Part shown: positions 1-7,977 of the stretch, piece after piece
How positions within the stretch are numbered: position 1 is the first letter of the stretch
Layout of the letters: each line of letters starts with the position of its first letter
From: an uncultured Oscillospiraceae bacterium
GTDB taxonomy: Bacteria; Bacillota; Clostridia; Saccharofermentanales; UBA5734
Reading direction: 5' to 3'
Assembly: GCA_964403755.1 (NCBI GenBank)
Contig: CAYOHO010000001.1
Location: forward strand, 1-26,432
Length of the DNA: 26,432 bases
Translations under genes and position numbers: made by a program
The notes under the pieces: model-generated
What the model was told of the DNA's origin: nothing
Database searches by the model: none
The model's input: only the letters and a program-made list of their open reading frames with translations

Positions 1-810
1 GTTGGCCGCCGCCGGCAGCGCCATCGTCAGAGCCGGCACTGTCAGCATCAGGCCGCGGAATCCGGCCAGCCACATCGCGAAAGTCGTGACCAGCGGGATG
101 CCGGCGAGGCGCAGGAAGGCCAGCACATAGACCCGCCTGTCGCCGATGAAGTCGCGAATCGAGATGCTGGCCGTAAGCAGGCCGACTGTCAGCATGCCGA
201 CCGGGGACAGGCAGGCAGCCAGCGAGTCGATCGTATTCTTGACCGGCGCCGGGAAGCGGATCTGGAAAACCATGACCATCACCGCCACAAGCAGGGCAAT
301 GATCGGCGGGTTGAGGAACACATCCTTCAGGGTTGGCTTCTCGCGGGCGCCCTCGCCACGCTGCATGATCACAGTGCCCAGCGAATTGAACATGAAGCGC
401 ATGACCAGGACGAACATCGTCATGTAGAACAAGCCCTTGTCGCCGTAAACGGCCGTCAGGATGCCGACGCCGACGAAGCCGAAGTTGGAGAACATCAGGG
501 AGAAATAGACAATGTTCGAGGAGGGGATCGTCATCCGGAGCAGCCGCACGATCCCGAAGGCCAGGACAAAGGCAGCGCTGACGATGATCGCGCCGGCCAC
601 AACCAGAATCGATGCCTCCTGGAGCATCTGGGCCGTAACCGGCGCCGAGAACGACTTGATGATCGATGCCGGGAAAAACACCGAGATGCAGACCCAGGAC
701 AGAAACTGGGTGACGGCCCGGCTGGAGTAGCCCAGCCTGGCAATCAGGATGCCGATCGCCATGATGATGAACAGGGGCGTGATCTGCTGGAGAACGACAA
801 AAACACTCAT
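1..810 (-). CDS. AEC (auxin efflux carrier / membrane transport) family transporter, 3' end cut by the window edge
   Basis: Not in the ORF track because it runs off the edge. Manual translation from ATG at 810 gives MSVFVVLQQITPLFIIMAIGILIARLG...FSNFGFVGVGIL...NPPIIALL...MALPAAAN, hydrophobic throughout, with the AEC-type motifs N-x-G-F-x-G, NPP and PAAAN. Confidence 0.85.
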   Translation of the reverse strand, partial: MSVFVVLQQITPLFIIMAIGILIARLGYSSRAVTQFLSWVCISVFFPASIIKSFSAPVTAQMLQEASILVVAGAIIVSAAFVLAFGIVRLLRMTIPSSNIVYFSLMFSNFGFVGVGILTAVYGDKGLFYMTMFVLVMRFMFNSLGTVIMQRGEGAREKPTLKDVFLNPPIIALLVAVMVMVFQIRFPAPVKNTIDSLAACLSPVGMLTVGLLTASISIRDFIGDRRVYVLAFLRLAGIPLVTTFAMWLAGFRGLMLTVPALTMALPAAAN

Positions 811-816
811 GCGGGT

Positions 817-846
817 ATGATAGCATTCCTGATCGCGGATGGACAA
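817..846 (-). promoter_or_regulatory. Candidate sigma70/sigmaA promoter for the AEC gene (TTGTCC-18 nt-TATCAT, with extended -10 TG); predicted +1 falls on the ATG
   Basis: The minus strand reads TTGTCC atccgcgatcaggaatgc TATCAT acccgc ATG. There is no Shine-Dalgarno sequence at normal spacing. Confidence 0.55.
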
Positions 847-874
847 GGCTTCGCGGCGCCTTCCGGATGCATGA

Positions 875-905
875 GGCCGCCGGCCAGATTGCCCGGCCAG
901 CGGCC
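875..905. other. GC-rich stem-loop downstream of the AbgB-like gene, with no U-tract
   Basis: ggccgccggcc (875-885) and ggccagcggcc (895-905) pair over 11 bp, with one G-U pair on the minus-strand RNA. Confidence 0.4.
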
Positions 906-918
906 AGCGGCAGGCTTT

Positions 919-2352
919 TCAGTGCGGCTGAACTGTCAGCGGCACCGGGTTGCGGTAGGTCTTGCCGCCAAGGTTCTTCACATGTTCGGCCTTGGCAGCA
1001 GCCAGCAGCTCCGGGTCCTTCAGAAGATCATAGGCGGTCATGGCAATCGCCTTGGCGGCTGACAGCATGCCTTTCATGGCAACGGACGAGAGGCCGGCCG
1101 ACACCCATTGCCAGGAATGGGCAGCAGTCCCATAAGGCATGCATCCGCCGATCATCTGAACGGTCGGCGCAAACCAGCTGGGATCGCCCACATCCGTTGA
1201 TGCGGTCATCAGCTTGGGCGGGAAGGTCAGCTCCACCAGTCCTTCCTGCACGGATCGGGCGCTGAGCGCATCGATCTCCTCCGGGCTGGCGGACGGGAAA
1301 TAGCGGCGGGTCTTCTGGCGGAGCGACTTGATGACCGATTCGCTCAAGGTGCTCCGGTACTGGGCGTAGTCTTCCCGTTCCGCGTCGGAGACCTTCATCG
1401 GGTAGATCCGCTGCATGTTGGCATACATGGCGCTGGCCAGGGTCCGGTTGACGATGAAGTTCGCGCAGGCGCCATCCCACTGGATATCGACCTCGGTCTC
1501 CGTCATCATGGCAGCGCCGCAGGCGATCTTGAAGACACGCTCGTAGATCTCCTCCATCTCCTCAAGGCCGGGGGCCCGCACGAAATAGTGCAGGCGCGAC
1601 GTTGCCTGGACGACATTGGCGGCGGTTCCGCCAGCATCGAGGAAGGCATAGTGGATTCGGGCGTCGTCGATGATGTGCTCGCGGAGAAAATTGACGCCGA
1701 CATTCATCAGCTCGGCGGCATCGAGCGCACTGCGGCCCATTTCCGGCGCGCCTCCGGCATGGGCGGCCGTCCCCTTGAACGTGAAGTAGAACTGGCTGAC
1801 CGCCAGGGTTGCCTGGTCCCAGAGGCCGTTCGTATCCCAGGGGTGCCAGGTCAGGTAGGCATCCTCCCCGCCGAAGACGCCGGCGCGGGCCATGAACGCC
1901 TTGCCATAGCCGCTTTCCTCTGCCGGGCAGCCGTAAAGCCGGATCGTTCCCGGATGGCCGCTCGCCTCGAGGTACTGCTTGATCCCGATTGCGCCGGCCA
2001 CGGCGCCGATGCCCAGCAGATGGTGGCCGCAGCCATGGCCGCTGCCGCCATCGGTCAGCGGCTTCTTCTCGTGCACGCCCGCTTCCTGGCTCAGGTTGGA
2101 CAAGGCGTCGAATTCCGCCAGGATGCCGATGACCGGCTTCCCTGAGCCGTACTCGGCCAGAAACGCATGCTCCATGCCGGCCAGGCCGGTCTGAAGCCGG
2201 AAGTTCTCGCTTTCCAGCAGCGCCTTGACGTTCCGGGTCGATTCGGGCAGGTCGAAGCGCAGCTCCGGGGTGTTCCAGATCTGCCTGCTCAGGCTGATGT
2301 ACGTTTCCCGGCTGTCCTCGATGGCTTGAATGATCTGGTCCTTGACGTCCAT
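919..2352 (-). CDS. M20D family amidohydrolase, p-aminobenzoyl-glutamate hydrolase subunit B (AbgB)-like
   Basis: 477 aa. Motifs AEFDAL, GHGCGHHLLG, GCPAEESG, TWHP, AAHAGGAPEMGRSALDAAELM, STDVGD and AHSWQ. A GAAAGGA ribosome-binding site lies upstream. Confidence 0.9.
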   Translation of the reverse strand: MDVKDQIIQAIEDSRETYISLSRQIWNTPELRFDLPESTRNVKALLESENFRLQTGLAGMEHAFLAEYGSGKPVIGILAEFDALSNLSQEAGVHEKKPLTDGGSGHGCGHHLLGIGAVAGAIGIKQYLEASGHPGTIRLYGCPAEESGYGKAFMARAGVFGGEDAYLTWHPWDTNGLWDQATLAVSQFYFTFKGTAAHAGGAPEMGRSALDAAELMNVGVNFLREHIIDDARIHYAFLDAGGTAANVVQATSRLHYFVRAPGLEEMEEIYERVFKIACGAAMMTETEVDIQWDGACANFIVNRTLASAMYANMQRIYPMKVSDAEREDYAQYRSTLSESVIKSLRQKTRRYFPSASPEEIDALSARSVQEGLVELTFPPKLMTASTDVGDPSWFAPTVQMIGGCMPYGTAAHSWQWVSAGLSSVAMKGMLSAAKAIAMTAYDLLKDPELLAAAKAEHVKNLGGKTYRNPVPLTVQPH

Positions 2353-2437
2353 GGCCGAATCCTTTCCCCCTTGGGCGGTGCGATGTCCTGCCGGTCCGGC
2401 AGCGACGGCGGCGGGCGGGCTTGTCCGACAGGCGCCT

Positions 2438-3364
2438 TCAGGACGGCCTGTCTGTCTCCCCCATCCTGGTCATCAGGCTTTTCCGGTACTTGACCGGTGA
2501 CTGTCCCATTTCACGCTTGAAGCATTCCGTAAAGTAGCTGCTGCTGCCAAATCCGACCTGCTGGGCAATATCCGAGATGCACAGGTCCGTTGACGACAGA
2601 TACATGAGGCTTTGCGAGATCCGGTACTGGATCAGGTACTCGAAAGGCGTCAGGTCGAGGACACGCCGGAACAGGCGGCAGCATTCGCTGCGGCTGATAT
2701 GGATCGAATCGGCAATGTCCTTGAGTGTCAGGGGTTCGGCATGGTTCGCCTGGATGCAGCTCACCATCTTGCGGATCTTGATCCGGTTCTCAAAGGAGAT
2801 CCGGCGGCACGTCTCGATCTTCTCCCGGTTGTGCTGGATCAGCAGCTGCCACATCTGGCTGATGCAGCATTTCTGGCCCAGCTCGTAGCCGAACTCATGG
2901 CGGCGCTCCAGGGCGATGAGCTGCTCGACGAGCGCACAGAAGTCGCGGTGCCAGCCGGACGGGCCGGTCAGCGGAATGAAGGCCAGGTCAACGGAATTGA
3001 GAACCGGGTAGACATAGTCAAGATAGATGCTGCTGTCCATCTGGCCATAGATCAGGCCGGGATGGAAATTGACGCTTATGTAGACGCTGTCGGTCTGGTC
3101 CGGAAGCAGAACCGCCTCGTGCAGGCAGCAGCTGTTGATGAACAGGGCCTGTCCCTGACCGATCAGGGCCTCTGTTCCGTCGCCCCGGAACAGGACACGG
3201 CCTTTCGTGACGTAGGAAATCTGGATGCCGTCATGCCAGTGGCGGATCGCATTGATCCGGGAGTCAGCCACCTGCTGCTCGTCGAATGATAGCGGGAAGC
3301 TGTCCGTCATGTATTCGGACGGTTCCCGCTGGTTGCTGTCGATGACGATTGGCCGCAGCTTCAT
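2438..3364 (-). CDS. AraC family transcriptional regulator (N-terminal cupin plus C-terminal double HTH)
   Basis: Start placed at MKLRPIV (3364, GGAG upstream) rather than the track start at 3430. Cupin motif HWHDGIQ and AraC HTH signature LKDIA...SRSECCRLF...ISDIAQQVGFGSSSYFTECFKREMGQSPVKYRK. Confidence 0.92.
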   Translation of the reverse strand: MKLRPIVIDSNQREPSEYMTDSFPLSFDEQQVADSRINAIRHWHDGIQISYVTKGRVLFRGDGTEALIGQGQALFINSCCLHEAVLLPDQTDSVYISVNFHPGLIYGQMDSSIYLDYVYPVLNSVDLAFIPLTGPSGWHRDFCALVEQLIALERRHEFGYELGQKCCISQMWQLLIQHNREKIETCRRISFENRIKIRKMVSCIQANHAEPLTLKDIADSIHISRSECCRLFRRVLDLTPFEYLIQYRISQSLMYLSSTDLCISDIAQQVGFGSSSYFTECFKREMGQSPVKYRKSLMTRMGETDRPS

Positions 3365-3407
3365 GGCACTCCGCTCCGTTCTGGCCGGAACATCCGGCCG
3401 GTTCCGT

Positions 3408-4685
3408 TCAGAACCGCACGAGCCGGTCAAGCCGGGCCATCTGGCAGCCCGGGTTCAGGCTGTTGACCCGCATCAGGAAATTGAGCTTTTCAATGCGTTC
3501 GCCGGAGCGCGGGCAGCCGTTCTTGAGGAACGGGACGCCCAGGCCGACTGCCAGATCCATGATGATGTCGTCGATCACGCCCCCGGAGCGTCCGGAGGGC
3601 GTCGAGAGCAGGCCCTGGCTCAAGGCATAGGCATGGGCGTCCAGCGCTTCGCTGATCGTGCCGATCTGGTTCGGCTTGAGGATGAACCCGTCGATCGCGT
3701 CCAGGGCATGTGCCTTTTCCAGTCGCTCCCGGCTGGACACCGTGAGGTCGTCGCCAATCAGGAGAGTCCGGTCAAGCTGCCGGTGGGCCAGGGCAAATCC
3801 TTCCCAGTCGTTTTCATCCAGCAGGTCTTCAATGAAGACAAAGTCGAACCGCCTGGAAAGGTCGCGATAGTAGCCGATCAGCTCGGCCGTCTGCCATTGC
3901 CGGCCGTTCAGGTAGTAGGTTCCGGAGGCGGCATCGTACATGGCGCTGGCCGCGCAGTCGAGCGCAAACGAGCATTTGCCGGCGTAGCCCTTGGCAGCGA
4001 GCGCCTCGGACAGGATATCCAGGACCACCGCGGGATCCTCGGAAGGGGCGACCCAGCCATAGGAGCGGCCGACTTTGGCTTCGGAGCCGGTTCGCCGCGC
4101 GATCACCCGGCCGACCTCGGCGAAGGTCCGGACGGCGATCTCGACCGCCTCCTCAATGGCGGCGGCCCGCCAGGGCACGACGATGAACTCGTTGATTGCC
4201 TGCCTGACCGCACCGTTGCTGCCGCCGTTGATCATATTGAACGAGGGTACCGGCACCTGGCGGATCGGGCCATCCGCCAGGTATTCATAGACCGTCCGGC
4301 CGGCGCTTCTGGCAGCAGCGCGCAGGATCGCGACCGACGTGCTGTAGATCGAGTTGCCGCCAAGCCGGTGCTTGTCGGGTGTGCCATCCAGGTCGATCAT
4401 GATCTGGTCAAGCCGGCGGAAGTTGGCTGCATCCTGGCCGACGAGCTCGGGTGCTATGATCCGGTTGACGACGTCGACCGCCTTGTGCACGCCCAGGCCG
4501 TCATACTCGTCCGGATTGCCGTCGCGCAGGATGAAGGACTCATAGGCGCCGACCGATTTGCCCGTCGGTGCGCTGCCGCGCCCGAGCGAGCCGTCATCGG
4601 TAACGACGTCAACCTCGACCATCGGCCGGCAAGCCATGTCGATCAGCTGCCGGGCGGACACCTGCCTGATGATGGATGGTTTCAT
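3408..4685 (-). CDS. Enolase-family protein, a divergent phosphopyruvate hydratase paralog with altered catalytic residues
   Basis: True start is MKPSIIRQ at 4685 (GGAAGGG upstream, ATGA overlap with the kinase stop); 425 aa. It aligns over its full length with enolase: LRDG, DLDGT, NMINGG, LDCAAS, IEDL, GDDL, LKPNQIG, GRSG, LKNG. Several catalytic motifs are substituted (see findings). Confidence 0.9.
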   Translation of the reverse strand: MKPSIIRQVSARQLIDMACRPMVEVDVVTDDGSLGRGSAPTGKSVGAYESFILRDGNPDEYDGLGVHKAVDVVNRIIAPELVGQDAANFRRLDQIMIDLDGTPDKHRLGGNSIYSTSVAILRAAARSAGRTVYEYLADGPIRQVPVPSFNMINGGSNGAVRQAINEFIVVPWRAAAIEEAVEIAVRTFAEVGRVIARRTGSEAKVGRSYGWVAPSEDPAVVLDILSEALAAKGYAGKCSFALDCAASAMYDAASGTYYLNGRQWQTAELIGYYRDLSRRFDFVFIEDLLDENDWEGFALAHRQLDRTLLIGDDLTVSSRERLEKAHALDAIDGFILKPNQIGTISEALDAHAYALSQGLLSTPSGRSGGVIDDIIMDLAVGLGVPFLKNGCPRSGERIEKLNFLMRVNSLNPGCQMARLDRLVRF

Positions 4686-6115
4686 GCCCTTCCTCCAGTC
4701 TCCGCTGCCGGCACATACAGGACGTTGAAGTCGCAGAGGTTCGTGCCGGTATTGCCGGTCAGGATTGTATCGCCGAGGGCGTCGAGGGACTCGAAGCAGG
4801 CATGCCCGCGCAGTCCGGCGCGCAGGTCGATGCCGCTTCCGGAGGCCCGGCGTGCGGTCTGTGAATCCGTGATGCCGCCGGCAACCGACGTGGTGCCGTC
4901 CGTGCCTTCGGAATCGATTGAAAGCAGGCAGGCGCCAGGCACACTGCCGGCGGTGAGCGCAAAGCTGGCAACCATCTCCTGTCCGGGCCCGCCATGTCCG
5001 GCAATCTGCTGATTGTCCAGGATGGTCGTCACAGCCTCGCCGGAGCTCAGCACCAGGCACGGCGCGGAGACCGGATTGCCGTAGGTCTGGATCTCCCGCG
5101 CCAGCGCAGCCATCACCGTGCCGATATCCTTGGCTTCACCGTCCAGGAACGAGCTGAGGATGACGGCCGGGATGCCCATCTCGCCGGCGATCTCCCTGGC
5201 GTAGCGGCAGGAGTCCGGCACGGTGTTGATCAGGTAATAGGTGTTGTCCGGGAAGGCCTTGGGCGTCTCACCCTCCGGGCCGGCGTTCATCAGGTAGTCG
5301 ACGACGGAACGGGGAAGGCGGTCCTCCACCTGGTATTCCCGGATGACGCGGCGGGCATCCTCGAGGGTCGTCTGGTCGGGCCCCATCGGCGTCGCGCGGT
5401 ATCTGGCGTAAGGGACACTGATATCGCCGGTCGGCGGCGAGGCAATCGCATCGCTGATGCCGAATCCGATCAGGGTGCCGCCGCGGCGCTGGATCCGCCT
5501 GGCCAGCATGCCCCCGTTCATCTGCGAGATATGGCGCCGGATGGCATTGATTTCAAAGATGTTGGCTCCGGACTTCAGCATGACATCGGTCGTGTCGATC
5601 TCGTCCTGCAGGGTGATGCCATCGATTGGCAGGCTCATCAGGGCCGAGCTGCCGCCGCTCATCACGACCAGGAACAGGTCATCCGGCCCGCTGGCGTCAA
5701 CGATATCGAGGATTTCCCGGCACGCCTTCATGCCGGTCTCGTTCGGCAAGGGGTGGCCGCCGACAAACACCCGCGTCTTGCGGAAGACATCCGCAGGCTC
5801 GGCAATCTTGACGATTGCGATGCCATCGGTCAGCCAGTCGCCCAGGATCTCGTCAATAGCCATTGCCATCGCATTGCAGGCCTTGCCGGCGCCGATCAGG
5901 TAGACATGGCGCCTGGCCGCCAGATCCCAGCTCCGGTCGCCGATGCGCAGGATCTGGCCGTCCCGGTGAACGATCTGCCGGATCCGCGCGTAGGCATTCA
6001 GGCGGACGAGCGTCCGCTCCACAAGGTCCAGCACGATGCGTCGGGATTCCGTATCCCCATGAGCCGTCAGGCGCTCCCGGTTCTTGATGATTGCAGCCAC
6101 GATATCCTCCCGCAT
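4682..6115 (-). CDS. MOFRL/DUF4147 family kinase (glycerate 2-kinase / TtuD-like), divergent
   Basis: Start placed at MREDIV (6115); 477 aa. Motifs IGAGKA, GGHPLP, SGGSSAL, GANIFEIN, SGEA, GTDG and TGNTGTNLCD match the glycerate-2-kinase fold. Confidence 0.88.
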   Translation of the reverse strand: MREDIVAAIIKNRERLTAHGDTESRRIVLDLVERTLVRLNAYARIRQIVHRDGQILRIGDRSWDLAARRHVYLIGAGKACNAMAMAIDEILGDWLTDGIAIVKIAEPADVFRKTRVFVGGHPLPNETGMKACREILDIVDASGPDDLFLVVMSGGSSALMSLPIDGITLQDEIDTTDVMLKSGANIFEINAIRRHISQMNGGMLARRIQRRGGTLIGFGISDAIASPPTGDISVPYARYRATPMGPDQTTLEDARRVIREYQVEDRLPRSVVDYLMNAGPEGETPKAFPDNTYYLINTVPDSCRYAREIAGEMGIPAVILSSFLDGEAKDIGTVMAALAREIQTYGNPVSAPCLVLSSGEAVTTILDNQQIAGHGGPGQEMVASFALTAGSVPGACLLSIDSEGTDGTTSVAGGITDSQTARRASGSGIDLRAGLRGHACFESLDALGDTILTGNTGTNLCDFNVLYVPAAETGGRA

Positions 6116-6211
6116 CTGCCTTTTCCCTGCCGGAACGGAGTCCGTCTGACAGGCAGGGCTGGCTGATCTGCGCAATATTGCCAGCTCCGGGCCGACAAGC
6201 CCTTCCTTATG

Positions 6212-6240
6212 AAACTAGAAAAGATCAGATGATTTGTCAA
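6212..6240 (-). promoter_or_regulatory. sigma70/sigmaA promoter for the kinase-enolase-araC transcript (TTGACA-17 nt-TAGTTT)
   Basis: The minus strand has a perfect -35 TTGACA (6240-6235), an exact 17-nt spacer and a -10 TAGTTT (6217-6212). Predicted +1 is near 6205, about 90 nt upstream of the kinase ATG. Confidence 0.7.
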
Positions 6241-6370
6241 TCCGTCGTGTGAAATTGTTGATTGGATCAAAATGGTTTCGTTGTATCCGCTTCTTGATTG
6301 TGCAAGTCGACGTGACCAGACGACTTTCGCGTATAAATCCGATCAGCCGGCGCACTTCAGCCATGGTCGT

Positions 6371-6404
6371 CAATATTGTTATAAAATGATGGAAGATTGC
6401 GATA
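6371..6404 (+). promoter_or_regulatory. Candidate operator (imperfect direct repeat at 21-bp spacing) overlapping a possible extended -10 for the rightward operon
   Basis: caatattgttata (6371-6383) and gaagattgcgata (6392-6404) match at 9 of 13 positions. TGtTATAAA lies at 6377-6385 with no consensus -35. Confidence 0.35.
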
Positions 6405-6476
6405 TCTCAGTTTCCCGTTTTCACTTATTTTGATTGTAGAAATATCGTCACCCGTTCAGCAATGTAGGGCACCACC

Positions 6477-7796
6477 ATGAGCCTCACAAGCCTGACTCCG
6501 ACGATTCAGTCATTGGCCTCCGATTTCCTGCCTGACACCATTGACTTCTGCCAGCGCCTCATCCGCAGACCTTCCTTGCCCGGATCCGAAAAGGATGTCG
6601 CCGACGCCTATCTGGCCGAGATGGAAAAGCTTGGCTATGATGAGGTCTTCCGCGATGCCTGGGGCAATGTCATCGGCCTCGTCCGCGGCACCGAGCCCGG
6701 CCCGACGATCATGTACAACGCGCATCTCGACCATGTCGACCCGGGCGACCTGTCTGCCTGGGAAGGCTACGATCCCTACGGCGCAGCCATCGACGAGGCG
6801 GAGATGGAAAACCAGGACCGCGACGCGCTGGAGCGGACCCGTGTGATCCACGGCCGCGCCGCCGCCGACACCAAGGCCGGCGGCGCCTGCCAGGTGTACA
6901 GCGGCGCCATGCTGCTCCGCATGCGGGCCCAGGGCATCCCGATCCGTGGCAACTATCTGTTCACGGCGGTGGTCCTGGAGGAGCCAGCCGAGCAGCTCGG
7001 CATGATCAAGCTGATTGACGAGACGCTCCCGGCCCGGGGCATCGGCTTCGACGGCGTCGTGTCCTGCGAGGCGACCGGCCTGAAGCTCTATCTCGGCCAC
7101 CGCGGGCGCGTGGAAATCAAGGTGACGACCCACGGCCTGTCTTCACACAGCAGTTCACCCTGGCTTGGCATCAACGCCGTCAACAAGGCGACCCGCTTCA
7201 TTGACCGGATCGAGGAAGTGGTCGCCCGGCAGGCGCGCGTCGACGCCGATGTCGGCCGGTCCAGCATCGCCCTGAAGTACATCGACTGCGAGCCGGGCTC
7301 GATGAGCATCGTTCCCGACCGCTGCAACATGATCTATGACCGTCGCTTCATACCCGGCGAGACGGCCGACGACTGCATCAGCCAGATCCAGGAGCTGATC
7401 GGCACCCTGGAGGCCGGCGATCCCCAGTTCAAGGCGACGGTCGCGGTCGCTGCCGAAACGCGCACGTCTTATACCGGACTGTCCCAGAAGGTTGCGAATG
7501 TCAAGCAGGCCTGGAAGATCAGCCCGGAAAATGTCTTTGTCTCACGGGCCGCAGATGCGCTGCAGGCACTCGGCCAGCCGGTCAAGTACGGCTACTGGGA
7601 TTTCGGGACCGACCTGGCTGTTGTCTGCGGCCGGGATGGGAAGCCTGCCATCGGCTATTCGCCGATGCAGGAGTTCTATTGTCACCGGCCGGTCGACAAG
7701 GTGCGGATCGACTACATGGAAAAGGCTCTGGCAGGCTATGCCATGATCCATTTCCATCTCGCCGGTCTCGCGCAGGACGATTTCCAGCTTTCCTGA
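6477..7796 (+). CDS. M20 family metallo-amidohydrolase, YgeY-like
   Basis: 439 aa. Metal-site motifs AHLDHV, GRAAADTK, LEEP, CEAT and CHRP. RGRVEIKVTTHGLSSHSSSP and DRRFIPGET resemble the YgeY/ArgE dimerisation domain, and EMEKLGYDEVFRDAWGNVIG resembles the YgeY N-terminus. Confidence 0.8.
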   Translation: MSLTSLTPTIQSLASDFLPDTIDFCQRLIRRPSLPGSEKDVADAYLAEMEKLGYDEVFRDAWGNVIGLVRGTEPGPTIMYNAHLDHVDPGDLSAWEGYDPYGAAIDEAEMENQDRDALERTRVIHGRAAADTKAGGACQVYSGAMLLRMRAQGIPIRGNYLFTAVVLEEPAEQLGMIKLIDETLPARGIGFDGVVSCEATGLKLYLGHRGRVEIKVTTHGLSSHSSSPWLGINAVNKATRFIDRIEEVVARQARVDADVGRSSIALKYIDCEPGSMSIVPDRCNMIYDRRFIPGETADDCISQIQELIGTLEAGDPQFKATVAVAAETRTSYTGLSQKVANVKQAWKISPENVFVSRAADALQALGQPVKYGYWDFGTDLAVVCGRDGKPAIGYSPMQEFYCHRPVDKVRIDYMEKALAGYAMIHFHLAGLAQDDFQLS

Positions 7797-7977
7797 CTGA
7801 AGCCGGCAGCGCTGATCCGGCAAAGGCGACGGACAGCATGCGGAACGGACAGAAAGGCGGCTGATCGGGCCGGCGTCCGGCACAGGCCGGCAGCCGGCCG
7901 CAGCAAGGAAGCATGGCGAAAGGGGCGATGCAAGGATTCACTGAATCATGCCAAAGCGTTGAAAAGGAGAAGGCTGC

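Noticed and set aside
3408-4685. Labelling this gene eno, or calling it a pseudogene
   Set aside because: Key catalytic residues differ from true enolase, so eno is unsupported. The ORF is full length and coupled with no frameshift or stop, so pseudogene is also unsupported.
4686-5060. 125-aa N-terminal extension of the enolase in the ORF track
   Set aside because: It overlaps the kinase in another frame and is Arg-rich and motif-free. Enolase homology, a ribosome-binding site and an ATGA overlap all point to 4685.
6462-6467. ATG-TAG start-stop element 9 nt before the YgeY-like start
   Set aside because: It has no ribosome-binding site or promoter positioned for leaderless use, so it is probably incidental.
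6477-7796. Selenocysteine recoding or a selenium role suggested by the usual YgeY annotation
   Set aside because: There is no in-frame TGA and no selenium-related gene in the window.
7935-7947. Palindrome GATTCA-C-TGAATC upstream of the OCD-like gene
   Set aside because: A single 6-bp arm pair with no second copy or adjacent promoter is too weak to call an operator.
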